Of a stretch of 40,541 nt of DNA, positions 28,229-36,994 are shown in pieces (position 1 is the stretch's first letter; each line of letters begins with the position of its first letter). Under the pieces are notes generated by a model that saw only the letters and a program-made list of their open reading frames with translations, was not told where the DNA came from and searched no databases. The DNA lies in IMG/VR virus record IMGVR_UViG_3300005805_000178, positions 1 through 40,541 of that record. The stretch is one strand, 5' to 3'. This DNA is from a virus (taxonomy: Duplodnaviria; Caudoviricetes). The position numbers and the translations under genes were made by a program.

Positions 28229-28648
28229 TTATTTCTTTTTACCGATGTTGTATTTTGCCACCAGATTCCAGTCCTTCTTTTCACCGAAAGCCAGAACTTT
28301 GATTTGTGATAATGGTGCTGTATCTTCACACATATCAGCATCCACAATCTCCACCAAGCCCCAATCTTCTAACAAATGGGCTACAGTGTTTCTGCGTTGC
28401 AAATCATTGTCAGACAAATCAGCTTGTTTGCCATCAAGTGCAAACAACTCCTTGAAATGAACAATGAAATATCTACCTTGCTTGTGTAAAATATGACAGC
28501 TCTGATACAACGTTTGGTCTTTACGTGATGCCACACCTATACGGGTGAGCGTTTCACGCACTTTCAAAAAGTCGTCTTGGTTTACTAATTTAATTTCTAA
28601 AGGTTCATATCCAGGAATGCCTGGTATGTTTATTAAGTCATGCGCCAT
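28229..28648 (-). CDS. regA: Translational repressor RegA
   Basis: DDFLKVRETLTRIGVASRK..LYQSCHILHKQGRYFIVHFKELFALDG. Confidence 0.97.
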   Translation of the reverse strand: MAHDLINIPGIPGYEPLEIKLVNQDDFLKVRETLTRIGVASRKDQTLYQSCHILHKQGRYFIVHFKELFALDGKQADLSDNDLQRRNTVAHLLEDWGLVEIVDADMCEDTAPLSQIKVLAFGEKKDWNLVAKYNIGKKK

Positions 28649-29090
28649 TTGTCAAACCACCTGTGTTCAATTTTTCTTTAATTCTAATGAGTTGCTCTGG
28701 CGTCAAAATTCGTAGAGCTTGTAAGGCTTTGTCAGTATTGTAATTATAATACTGCTTCACCACTTCAAGGTCTTCAACTTTTTCAGCCTTCAACCACTTG
28801 TTAAACCTCTTTCGAGGTCTCACAATATTTATAAGAAAATCAAACTGGAGGCGTTTCTCTAAATGAGGGCGACTGTTCATTTCATTTGCTGCAACTACTG
28901 TATCAGGTCCAAAACTCAATGCCTTATTGACGAGGAATCCGTTGTATTGTTTTTCACTCCATTCATCTACTATCAAATGTTTTTTAGTGTAATGAATGGC
29001 ATTCACGAAATCAAAAGGACTGATTTTCGGCATCTTATATTCTTCAATTACTTCTTCTTGAATTTCCTCACCATCAAGATTCATCATCAC
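28638..29090 (-). CDS. 62: Clamp loader small subunit (gp62)
   Basis: ANEMN...LQFDFLIN..RPRKRFNKW...VKQYYNY; synteny 45-44-62-regA. Confidence 0.92.
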   Translation of the reverse strand: MMMNLDGEEIQEEVIEEYKMPKISPFDFVNAIHYTKKHLIVDEWSEKQYNGFLVNKALSFGPDTVVAANEMNSRPHLEKRLQFDFLINIVRPRKRFNKWLKAEKVEDLEVVKQYYNYNTDKALQALRILTPEQLIRIKEKLNTGGLTNGA

Positions 29091-30028
29091 TTCATCTCAC
29101 AAGCTGCCATGATTTCAGTCAAACATGCAACAAGATTGATTTCAGTATCAGCCACAAAGGCTGCCTTGTACTGATAATCAGCCAATAACAATACCAACTG
29201 CGGAACCTGAACCACTTCCGGAAGTAGGAAGTCATACAACTTTCTGAACAAAACGGTTGGATCATTATCCATGTTATTTACAACCCAGGTTCTCATCTTC
29301 TTGAAGTCCTTCTCACGAAGCGCCACTAACAGCTCCTTCATGTTGGCGTCAGACACATTGCTCAAAATACCAGCATCAATATTACCTGATGCTGAATATC
29401 TTTGCATCTCATTCAATACACGACGATAATCCGGGAAGTGTTTGTTCAACAACTCTGCCACAACCTTGGGATCAAATGTGACATTTTCAGTTGTCAAAAT
29501 TTCTTGTAGACGCTTGAAGAAACGTGCTGCCATGGCAGGTCTATCTTCCTTTGACAGCTTGAAATCAATCACTGTGGTTCGACTATGAAGTGGAGGAATG
29601 ATTCTGTTCTTGTAATTGCACGTGAAGATGAAACGACAATTTTTACTAAACTCCTCAATGAAACCACGGAGTGCGGGTTGTGTTGAATTAGGATTTAAAT
29701 AATCAGCCTCATCTAGAATCACTACCTTAGGCTTTCCCGTCAACGACATGGTTGTGGCAAAGTCTTTAATCTTGTTTCTAAGGACATCAATACCTGATTC
29801 CTCAGACCCGTTGATAATAATATAATCACATCCTAATTCTTCACACAGAGCCCGCGCCACCGTGGTTTTACCTGTTCCTGCGGTTCCTGACAATAGCATG
29901 TTAGGAATGTTATCCTGGTCCACAAATTCCTGAAATGTTTTCTTCAAGCCATCAGGAAGAACGCAATCAGAAACCTTTTGTGGACGATACTTTTCAACCC
30001 AAAGAAACTGCTCACGGTTTGCTAGCAT
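29087..30028 (-). CDS. 44: Clamp loader ATPase subunit (gp44)
   Basis: LWVEKYRP, GTAGTGKT, LDEAD, LHSR. Confidence 0.96.
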   Translation of the reverse strand: MLANREQFLWVEKYRPQKVSDCVLPDGLKKTFQEFVDQDNIPNMLLSGTAGTGKTTVARALCEELGCDYIIINGSEESGIDVLRNKIKDFATTMSLTGKPKVVILDEADYLNPNSTQPALRGFIEEFSKNCRFIFTCNYKNRIIPPLHSRTTVIDFKLSKEDRPAMAARFFKRLQEILTTENVTFDPKVVAELLNKHFPDYRRVLNEMQRYSASGNIDAGILSNVSDANMKELLVALREKDFKKMRTWVVNNMDNDPTVLFRKLYDFLLPEVVQVPQLVLLLADYQYKAAFVADTEINLVACLTEIMAACEMK

Positions 30029-30031
30029 ATA

Positions 30032-30712
30032 TTACACCTTTGATGTAGTATCAGCGGCAATCAAATAAGTTAAATCAGATGTTGTAGATTCGAGGAAGAA
30101 CACCAAGACTTTACCTGCCTTGGCAACTGCATGTGAAACATTCACCTTGTACTCACCTGGAACCACCTTGAATGTATCAATTGCCATCTTGGCATCAAAC
30201 GACACATCACTATCACCCAAGCTCTGTGTGTAACTGTGTGCTGTAGGATTCTTGGGGTCGTTCACAGACAATGTAACCTTACCATTCTTGGAAGTAACAC
30301 TCATCATGGTTGCCGAAACAGCAGAGGCGGTCTTGAGGACAATGTTAATGTCTTCCTTCGTGATATTGAAAGAATACAGATGCTCAAGCTGAGGAGGATT
30401 ATCAGAAGGAGCCGTCACCAGACTTTCATCAGCATACACAAACTTATGCTTCTTACCTACACCATGACTGATTTCCAAATAACCTTCATGGAACTCAACA
30501 TCAGGTGTCTGTGACATGGAGAGAAGAATTAAAAGTTGATTAAGGTCGTAAACAGCAAACTGCCGAGGAAATGTTTCCTCAACAACAGCACGTGCCTGAA
30601 TGCTATTCACAGCATTACGTGTCGCCAATTTGTTGCCGGACTTCACAAGCAGATTAGGACTAATCTGTGCAAAGCTTTGTAGTAAAGCGACGGTCTTGGA
30701 ACTAATTTTCAT
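30032..30712 (-). CDS. 45: Sliding clamp (gp45)
   Basis: MKISSKTVALLQSFAQI, FAVYDLNQLL, YLIA; synteny. Confidence 0.85.
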   Translation of the reverse strand: MKISSKTVALLQSFAQISPNLLVKSGNKLATRNAVNSIQARAVVEETFPRQFAVYDLNQLLILLSMSQTPDVEFHEGYLEISHGVGKKHKFVYADESLVTAPSDNPPQLEHLYSFNITKEDINIVLKTASAVSATMMSVTSKNGKVTLSVNDPKNPTAHSYTQSLGDSDVSFDAKMAIDTFKVVPGEYKVNVSHAVAKAGKVLVFFLESTTSDLTYLIAADTTSKV

Positions 30713-30717
30713 AACGG

Positions 30718-31011
30718 TTACTCCTCAGTTGTATTGTGTTCACCTGTATCATGGATATGTAATAATATAATAGCGTAGTGTATGATTTTCAAGATGTCTT
30801 TCCGATTATATCCATTCTTTTTGCCATATCGTTGTGCATACTTCAAGATGTTACCAACAGTGAAGCCTACACCATGGCCCCCATCAATGATAAATTCCGT
30901 GGCCTGAAACTTGGTTCTGGAATAATGTTCATCATAGGTGCTGTCAATGTAGGCTTGTAGTTCACGAAGAATTCTATCTTCATGAAATTTATAGTTTATA
31001 CCCTCATCCAT
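30718..31011 (-). CDS. DUF3310/SaV-like protein
   Basis: YIDSTYDEHY, GFTVGNILKYAQRYGKK, DILKIIHY. Confidence 0.75.
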   Translation of the reverse strand: MDEGINYKFHEDRILRELQAYIDSTYDEHYSRTKFQATEFIIDGGHGVGFTVGNILKYAQRYGKKNGYNRKDILKIIHYAIILLHIHDTGEHNTTEE

Positions 31012-31014
31012 GTT

Positions 31015-31368
31015 CTAGTCCTTGATAATAGGTTTATCTTTACCATGTGCATCACACAAAGTTTGATACCATGAACCTCCCCGTAATGCTCCAGGTGAAC
31101 CACAGGTCTCACACATGGTGAAGCTCCGCTTTTCTACCTCAATTATTTTTTTATCAAGATTATCATCAATCACATCGGTATAAATTCGAAGACCACCCCA
31201 CTTCTCCTTTACCTGAATAATCTTGGAGTGTGTTTTGTTTTGCTCCATGTAATCAAATACTTCATTGATAAGAGATGACCACCCTTTGCCTACAGACTCT
31301 AAAGCAATTGCACGGTCATACCCTTCATAAATTACATAGGTTGGATACTTAGGACTCACAGGCTTCAT
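31015..31368 (-). CDS. Hypothetical protein
   Basis: GKGW...QVKEKWGGLRIY...CETCG...TLC..H. Confidence 0.7.
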   Translation of the reverse strand: MKPVSPKYPTYVIYEGYDRAIALESVGKGWSSLINEVFDYMEQNKTHSKIIQVKEKWGGLRIYTDVIDDNLDKKIIEVEKRSFTMCETCGSPGALRGGSWYQTLCDAHGKDKPIIKD

Positions 31369-31370
31369 AA

Positions 31371-31547
31371 TTACTCCTGAATTAAATCTTCTACTACATG
31401 ATTGGGAATATTGATGATGGGATAATTTCTCACCCTATCACCTGGACGCCGATACCGCTGTTCCATGTGTTCATATTGGCCACGTACATAAGCCTTCTTC
31501 AACATAACAAGCATTTCATCTTTTGTCAAGTTCATTTCATATTTCAT
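31371..31547 (-). CDS. 58-aa hypothetical protein (not in ORF track)
   Basis: MKYEMNLTKDEMLVMLKKAYVRGQYEH...EDLIQE; ATGA overlap with upstream gene. Confidence 0.55.
   Translation of the reverse strand: MKYEMNLTKDEMLVMLKKAYVRGQYEHMEQRYRRPGDRVRNYPIINIPNHVVEDLIQE
31501..31529 (-). promoter_or_regulatory. Intragenic promoter TTGACA-N17-TATGTT upstream of the clamp operon
   Basis: tgtcaa 31524-31529, aacata 31501-31506, TG extension. Confidence 0.6.
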
Positions 31548-31735
31548 GTCACCCTCACTTTCAATGCCATAACGAAGTAGGATGTTGCCAGTCCCAGATT
31601 CAGTATAGACAATAACATCCCAAAGATTTTAAAGCCTTTCATAGATGAAGGTAACATTCTTACCGTGTCCAGTTGGAATGCTGCTACCACAATCCATGTC
31701 ACACCAAGTATTACATAATAACCAAAGGGATTCAT
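31544..31735 (-). CDS. Small 2-TM membrane protein
   Basis: Two hydrophobic segments; GGAGG SD. Confidence 0.6.
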   Translation of the reverse strand: MNPFGYYVILGVTWIVVAAFQLDTVRMLPSSMKGFKIFGMLLSILNLGLATSYFVMALKVRVT

Positions 31736-31736
31736 A

Positions 31737-32042
31737 TCACCCTCCTAAGAATGTTGCTGACACCCAGATGCCTAGATAACTTCCCACCACACTACCCAAG
31801 GCATATCCTGCCCATTGGTGGAAGTTGTCCTGACCATGTGCAATCTTCTTGATGACAAAGAAGTTCATGGAGGCAATCAGAAAGTCGCTGAGAGCCGCAG
31901 TATGGTAATGTGCATCAGCCACAGCACGAAAGTTGATACACCAAATGGTGTACATGAATATCTGAACAAAGAACAGTACAGATGCTTCTTTAATTTTCAC
32001 ACCAGCATTTTGCATATTTCTTTTCACTCCATTCATGACCAT
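31737..32042 (-). CDS. Small multi-TM membrane protein (DUF5698-like); true start probably near 32000
   Basis: YALGSVVGSYLGI; similar to 2510..2791. Confidence 0.6.
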   Translation of the reverse strand: MVMNGVKRNMQNAGVKIKEASVLFFVQIFMYTIWCINFRAVADAHYHTAALSDFLIASMNFFVIKKIAHGQDNFHQWAGYALGSVVGSYLGIWVSATFLGG

Positions 32043-32202
32043 TAGTACATTGATATTTGTTTATAGTTGGATTTGTATCGTGAACGTGCCACTTTCCATT
32101 CTCGTCAAAAAAACGATCCTGAGGTTCCTTTAGGTCGTAAAAGGTACCAACAATATACACCTTACTTTTTTCATTATTGTTTTTACAAGTTGAACAAATC
32201 AT
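31990..32202 (-). CDS. Small Cys-rich (Zn-binding) protein
   Basis: CSTC...CTNGH...CWC. Confidence 0.6.
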   Translation of the reverse strand: MICSTCKNNNEKSKVYIVGTFYDLKEPQDRFFDENGKWHVHDTNPTINKYQCTNGHEWSEKKYAKCWCEN

Positions 32203-32594
32203 ATTGAATTTCCAATTAATGTTTTAAATTTAGTGGTAGACCAGCCATGGTCACGATTAATCCAATAGATAGGAATTAATCCTTTACCAGTATAATTTTT
32301 ATCCTTGTAGTCATCACCAAGAAATCTAATATTAGGTCTATATTTTGTCAATAGTTCTAGTAATTCTTTTTCTGTATCATAAGGTACCACAGCATCTATG
32401 TATCTGATACCATTTAAAATTTCTATTCTTTCTTCAGCTGAGAGAATAGGTTTTAGTTTATCTGGACGTTCAATTGATGGATCCGTGTGGAGTAATACCA
32501 AAAACTTATCACAATTTTCTTTACACTCCTTAAACATTTTCATATATCCAGGATGTATAACATCAAAGTTACCAGCGATAACACCGAGTTTCAT
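32199..32594 (-). CDS. TagD/RfaE-like cytidylyltransferase
   Basis: GNFDVIHPGY, ERIEIL..IRYID.V, LGDDY, RDHGWSTT. Confidence 0.85.
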   Translation of the reverse strand: MKLGVIAGNFDVIHPGYMKMFKECKENCDKFLVLLHTDPSIERPDKLKPILSAEERIEILNGIRYIDAVVPYDTEKELLELLTKYRPNIRFLGDDYKDKNYTGKGLIPIYWINRDHGWSTTKFKTLIGNSI

Positions 32595-33202
32595 AAACAT
32601 ATTTCCCTAATATAATCCCAGACAATGATATTCATCGCGGCACTGACATTAAACGAACGAAGAACACCACGTTGCGGAATACTCATCTTGTAAAAGTGGG
32701 GATTGTCTGCTACGGTCGTGGGTAATCCATGGCTTTCTGAACCGAAGATGAACAAGGGATTTTCCAGTTCTTCCTTGTACAATTGACGGGCCTTGTGTGA
32801 CCCAATCTCTGTACCACCATGTTCACACAATACGACACTGTTCCATTTCAACAGATATTCTAACCGTTCATTAATTGATTCGTCAGCGTGTATCGGGTCA
32901 TCAAAAGTATATTGGACGATGTTAATGTATTTCTCAGCACCCACGGTGCTACGCTTATCAAATTTCTTTCGTCCAAAGATGTAAAAATTCTCAGCCCCAA
33001 AAAGACACGCCGAACGAATCATCATTCCCACATTCAACTCACCTGTGATGTTGATGCATCCCACCGAAAACCTACGCTGTTCACTTAATGAAATGGCAAC
33101 ATTCTGTTCATAGGTGTTCACCTTGTACTCATCACGAACATTGTACATCTCACTAGCTGTTTGCTTTGTGATTTCAGAATAGTTCACCATGGGATTAGTC
33201 AT
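32591..33202 (-). CDS. SpoU/TrmH-family (SPOUT) RNA 2'-O-methyltransferase
   Basis: NVGMMIRSA..FG, FIFGSESHGL, IPQRGVLRSFNVSAA. Confidence 0.88.
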   Translation of the reverse strand: MTNPMVNYSEITKQTASEMYNVRDEYKVNTYEQNVAISLSEQRRFSVGCINITGELNVGMMIRSACLFGAENFYIFGRKKFDKRSTVGAEKYINIVQYTFDDPIHADESINERLEYLLKWNSVVLCEHGGTEIGSHKARQLYKEELENPLFIFGSESHGLPTTVADNPHFYKMSIPQRGVLRSFNVSAAMNIIVWDYIREICL

Positions 33203-33473
33203 GACAGCACCCGTCGCATCCGTGAATAGAATCTACGTTGGCATACTCATCACCCTTCACCCTCCGAATGTGTGCAACATGGTCAGGATCCGGATGTCCC
33301 ACACCATGTTCACACACTCGTTCCATCATGTATCGGTCAGTTCTCCAGTTCAAAGGCCAATCTTTCATGTGATGATTGCTAGGATTATGAATTACACAAT
33401 TCTCACCTGAACAATCATCCTTGGCATGAACCCAGATAATCTTTCCGTTATAATCAAACCGTTCCAATTTCAT
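33195..33473 (-). CDS. His/Cys-rich hypothetical protein
   Basis: CVIHNPS.HHM...ERVCEHGVGHPDPD...HGCDGCC. Confidence 0.7.
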   Translation of the reverse strand: MKLERFDYNGKIIWVHAKDDCSGENCVIHNPSNHHMKDWPLNWRTDRYMMERVCEHGVGHPDPDHVAHIRRVKGDEYANVDSIHGCDGCCHD

Positions 33474-34599
33474 TCATCACCTCGTCTGCCACGGCTGCGT
33501 CAGCCGTGGGCATCTCCACACCTGCATCCACCTTGGTGTATAGATCCATAAACGCCGTCTTGGTGTCGGCGTCAAAGCGAGCGATGCACATCTCAATGGC
33601 CTTCATGCGGCTCCCGAACATGGCGAAGGCATTCACAATATGCTCCAGACGGCGCGTGCTGATGAGGTCATCAATGGCACCCTCCTTGAACGTCTTGCGA
33701 ATGATGTCCGACCATGCCACCAGCTTGTCGGCAAAGTCCTCATCCACCTTCTCCACACGCTCCATCTTCTTCATCACAATCTTCTTCTCCACCTTAACAG
33801 AAGGATACTCCTGCTCGATGGTCACAGCGAAACGCTCCAGGAAGGCGTCATCCAGAATCTGAGCTGACATATACTTGCCAGAATCGGATCCCTGACCCTT
33901 GGTGTTCGCCGTGGCTACGATGTTGAAGCCAGGCGCCGGATACACCGTCTCGCCAGTCTTTTTATTGAAATACGGCTTGCCCTCCAGAATGGCCTGCAGA
34001 CACATCAACTTGTTGCTGCCACGGTCACACTCATCAAGGATGAGGACAGCTCCACGCTTCATAGCCAGAAGCACCGGACCCTCACGATACACCACGTTGC
34101 CATCAATCAGCGTGTTGCCACCAATCAGGTCATCCTCATCAGTTTCGATGCTGATGTTCACACGAATGGCCTCACGCTTCAGGCTGGCACACACCTGCTC
34201 CACCATGGTGGTCTTACCATTACCAGACAGACCCGTGATGAACACCGGATAGAAATTCTTGCTGGACAGAATGGTGGTCAGGTCCTTGTGGAAGCCAAAC
34301 GCCACGTAGGTGGCATCCTTCTTGGGGACCAGATTGTCCACCTCAACCTTCAGCTTGGGCTGAGCCAGATGCATCACAGCAGGGGAATCAGGCACGGTGA
34401 CAATCTCCAGAACAGGGTTGGAAGTAGAGGCAGAATTGCCATTCACATGATACACACCACGACGAACCTTGTTGGCTGCATCATTCAAAAATGTATTAGG
34501 ATTTACACCAATAGTGCGAGCAATACTCAACACTTCGGGCCGAGAAAACTCCTGCTTGCCAGTGCTACGAAGGGCATCCACCAGTCGCTGAACCGTCAT
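33454..34599 (-). CDS. cobS: CobS-like MoxR-family AAA+ ATPase
   Basis: GLSGNGKT, ETDEDDLIGG, LILDECD, ATANTKG.G, AFLERF, ISTRRL. Confidence 0.88.
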   Translation of the reverse strand: MTVQRLVDALRSTGKQEFSRPEVLSIARTIGVNPNTFLNDAANKVRRGVYHVNGNSASTSNPVLEIVTVPDSPAVMHLAQPKLKVEVDNLVPKKDATYVAFGFHKDLTTILSSKNFYPVFITGLSGNGKTTMVEQVCASLKREAIRVNISIETDEDDLIGGNTLIDGNVVYREGPVLLAMKRGAVLILDECDRGSNKLMCLQAILEGKPYFNKKTGETVYPAPGFNIVATANTKGQGSDSGKYMSAQILDDAFLERFAVTIEQEYPSVKVEKKIVMKKMERVEKVDEDFADKLVAWSDIIRKTFKEGAIDDLISTRRLEHIVNAFAMFGSRMKAIEMCIARFDADTKTAFMDLYTKVDAGVEMPTADAAVADEVMNEIGTV

Positions 34600-34649
34600 A
34601 CAACCTCCATGATGAAGTAGAACATCTCACGAATCCTAATCATATATTA

Positions 34650-34711
34650 AATATAACACCTTTTTTATTAGTTGTCAAGAGGGGATAAGTGCTGAAAAAT
34701 CAACAACTTAC
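34650..34711 (-). promoter_or_regulatory. Early promoter TTGACA-N17-TATATT with upstream IHF-consensus palindrome (copy 3)
   Basis: aatata 34650-34655, tgtcaa 34673-34678, ATAAGTGCTGAAAAATCAACAACTTAC 34685-34711. Confidence 0.85.
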
Positions 34712-36888
34712 GCCACGTGCTTCACAAACTGATTCAGGAACACACGGGAAACCATCTTGGTATTCTGCATTTTCTTGAATGCCTTGAGCAAGCCATTTCG
34801 TGAAGTGTTCACCTCGGTCAGCGCCTTGTCCATGTCCATTTCCTCAATGGCCAGTTCCTGACCCGGCACCATGTAGTACACATCATAGCCCTGCATCTTC
34901 ACACCAAAGTACCGATGCTTGAGGAACTCTTCCTTCCATTGCTTCTCGAAGCCGGCATCGTTCACCTCATTCATGTTCATCTGACTGGTCACCTGATACT
35001 TGTAGTTACGACCACTCATCAGATAGATGCCAATCACCCGCGAACCAGTCAGATGCTTGTACATCTCCAGCAACTGATTGGTGTAGCCCCGATAATACCC
35101 GCTGCTGCAAAGAATTTGATGGCGTGTCTTTTTGTCCTCAATCACCACACGACGACCCAAAGACTGCGACCCATACCCGTTTTCTGGACGGTTAGGATCC
35201 ACACCCCAAGTGCTCAGACCATTGCTGGCCTGACCATCCGTGAGAATAATAGTATTCAGAATTTCCACGCGATAATCCTCACGGAACTTCTGAGCCACCT
35301 TGTTCAACACCAAGATGCTTTCATTCAACGGCGTGGCCCCCAGGTCCATGTTCTTGGGGATGCGATGCGAATTGGAGCTGTTCCAGTAGTACCGACCATA
35401 GGTGTGCCGATACAGCCAGGCCACCATCAACAGATTCTGGATGGCACGATTGAACTGATTGGTCTTCATGGAGGCATGGAAGAACTGCTTCAAACGGAAA
35501 TGATTGTTGTTGGTGTTCAAGGCACCAGGTGTACGGTCCTCACGAAAATGCACCATGGTGTTGTAATTATCAAATTCATCCTGAACACCTGCCGTGTCAA
35601 AGAAACCATACACATCAAAAGGAATGTTCACCTTGCGGCAGAACATCACCAGACTGACCAGCTGCTCGATGGTGTCCGAGATGCAATCCACCATGCTGCT
35701 GGACATATCAATCAACATCACCATGCCATGATTCTTACCATCAGGCACCGTGGTGGTCTGGAGAAATAGATTTTCTGAAATCTTGTGACTCCAGATGCGA
35801 TTCATGTCCAACTCACCCGTCTTGCTGGTCTTGGCACGAGCGAACTGCTTGGCATTGCGACGAAGCTCAAACTCACGAACCATGTGTGAGATGTACTTCT
35901 TGTTGGCATTCATGAACTTGTTGTAAATCTCCATGCGCCGATTCTCGAACGACTCATCAAACACCATCATGTCATGCACCCGCTGGAAGGGCACCACATA
36001 ATTCTCAATTTTGATATTGGGAAAATGTGTGTAGGTCAAAGGATACGCCATGTCATCAATCAGTTTCTCCTGATTCTTCTCCATGGCCTCGGCAGTGATG
36101 GACGAGGTGTCATCACGGTCCATCCACTCCTTCAACCGCTCCTTGGCCTTCTCAGACGCCTGCTCCAAAGCATCAGCCATCTTGTGCTTGCCAGCCTCAC
36201 GAAGGCGATTGATGGTATCCTGAATGGACTCATCCTCATCACTGGCCTCACCCTCACCACCTTCACCTGGCGTATCATTCTCCAAGGCGTCCATCAAGTC
36301 CTCGAAGATGTCATCCAGTTCCGACTTCTCATCCATGGCCATGGTGTGAAGCTCCTTGGCCAGCTTCATCACATCCTCGAACGTCTCCACAGCCTCGATA
36401 CGATCCACCAGATCCTGTTCCTTGTCCGAGAAGCTGATTTCAGCACGAGCTCCCAACTTGAAATACACATTCAGTCGGTCAGCGAATGGAAGATGCTTCA
36501 TGTCCGCCATGGCGACACCGAAGAACCCACGGTCCACCAGCTGGGTGTAACCATTATACATGGGGCGACGAAGACCAGGATATTTCACCTTCATCTTCTT
36601 TTCAATACGTGCATCTTCCACAAGGTTCAACATGGTCTTGAACTCCTTGCCATACTCCTTCACCTGATCCAGCCAGCCAGCTGCGGGTGTGAACAAGGCG
36701 TGACCCACCTCATGACCAATCATTAGGTCATACAGGTCGGCATCCATGTCTTTCCAAATGGGGAGAACCAATACACGGTCCTTGACATCAAACGAAGGGC
36801 CACGAACCTGACGATGCTCGATTCGGATGTCCTCAGCGGCCAGTAGTCGGCCTAACGTACTTTTGGTGGAGTCTAAAACGTTCGCCAT
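34708..36888 (-). CDS. CobT-like protein: N-terminal HExxH metallopeptidase-like domain + C-terminal VWA domain
   Basis: GHEVGHAL, NLVEDARIE, acidic linker, LIDMSSSM (MIDAS), ATPL, LTDG. Confidence 0.85.
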   Translation of the reverse strand: MANVLDSTKSTLGRLLAAEDIRIEHRQVRGPSFDVKDRVLVLPIWKDMDADLYDLMIGHEVGHALFTPAAGWLDQVKEYGKEFKTMLNLVEDARIEKKMKVKYPGLRRPMYNGYTQLVDRGFFGVAMADMKHLPFADRLNVYFKLGARAEISFSDKEQDLVDRIEAVETFEDVMKLAKELHTMAMDEKSELDDIFEDLMDALENDTPGEGGEGEASDEDESIQDTINRLREAGKHKMADALEQASEKAKERLKEWMDRDDTSSITAEAMEKNQEKLIDDMAYPLTYTHFPNIKIENYVVPFQRVHDMMVFDESFENRRMEIYNKFMNANKKYISHMVREFELRRNAKQFARAKTSKTGELDMNRIWSHKISENLFLQTTTVPDGKNHGMVMLIDMSSSMVDCISDTIEQLVSLVMFCRKVNIPFDVYGFFDTAGVQDEFDNYNTMVHFREDRTPGALNTNNNHFRLKQFFHASMKTNQFNRAIQNLLMVAWLYRHTYGRYYWNSSNSHRIPKNMDLGATPLNESILVLNKVAQKFREDYRVEILNTIILTDGQASNGLSTWGVDPNRPENGYGSQSLGRRVVIEDKKTRHQILCSSGYYRGYTNQLLEMYKHLTGSRVIGIYLMSGRNYKYQVTSQMNMNEVNDAGFEKQWKEEFLKHRYFGVKMQGYDVYYMVPGQELAIEEMDMDKALTEVNTSRNGLLKAFKKMQNTKMVSRVFLNQFVKHVA

Positions 36889-36903
36889 TACATCCTCCGT
36901 ATC

Positions 36904-36948
36904 AAAAGAAAACCCTAGAAGCTATACATTAAGTATAACTCCTAGGGT
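36904..36948 (-). terminator. 16-bp hairpin plus U-tract (intrinsic terminator) overlapping the cobT promoter -10
   Basis: ACCCUAGGAGUUAUAC-UUAAU-GUAUAGCUUCUAGGGU-UUUCUUUU. Confidence 0.65.
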
Positions 36949-36994
36949 GGTTTTTGTCAAGTACACTGTAAGTGCTTGAAAATCAACAACTTAA
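36932..36994 (-). promoter_or_regulatory. Early promoter TTGACA-N17-TATACT with upstream IHF-consensus palindrome (copy 4)
   Basis: agtata 36932-36937, tgtcaa 36955-36960, GTAAGTGCTTGAAAATCAACAACTTAA 36968-36994. Confidence 0.85.

Noticed and set aside
21781-28833. Intragenic TATAAATA matches (21781 in gp41, 28826 in gp62)
   Set aside because: Inside AT-rich coding sequence; cannot be told from chance
33454-36888. cobS/cobT as cobalamin biosynthesis supplying NrdJ
   Set aside because: No cobN or other cob genes in the window; this AAA+/VWA pair is common in T4-like phages irrespective of RNR class
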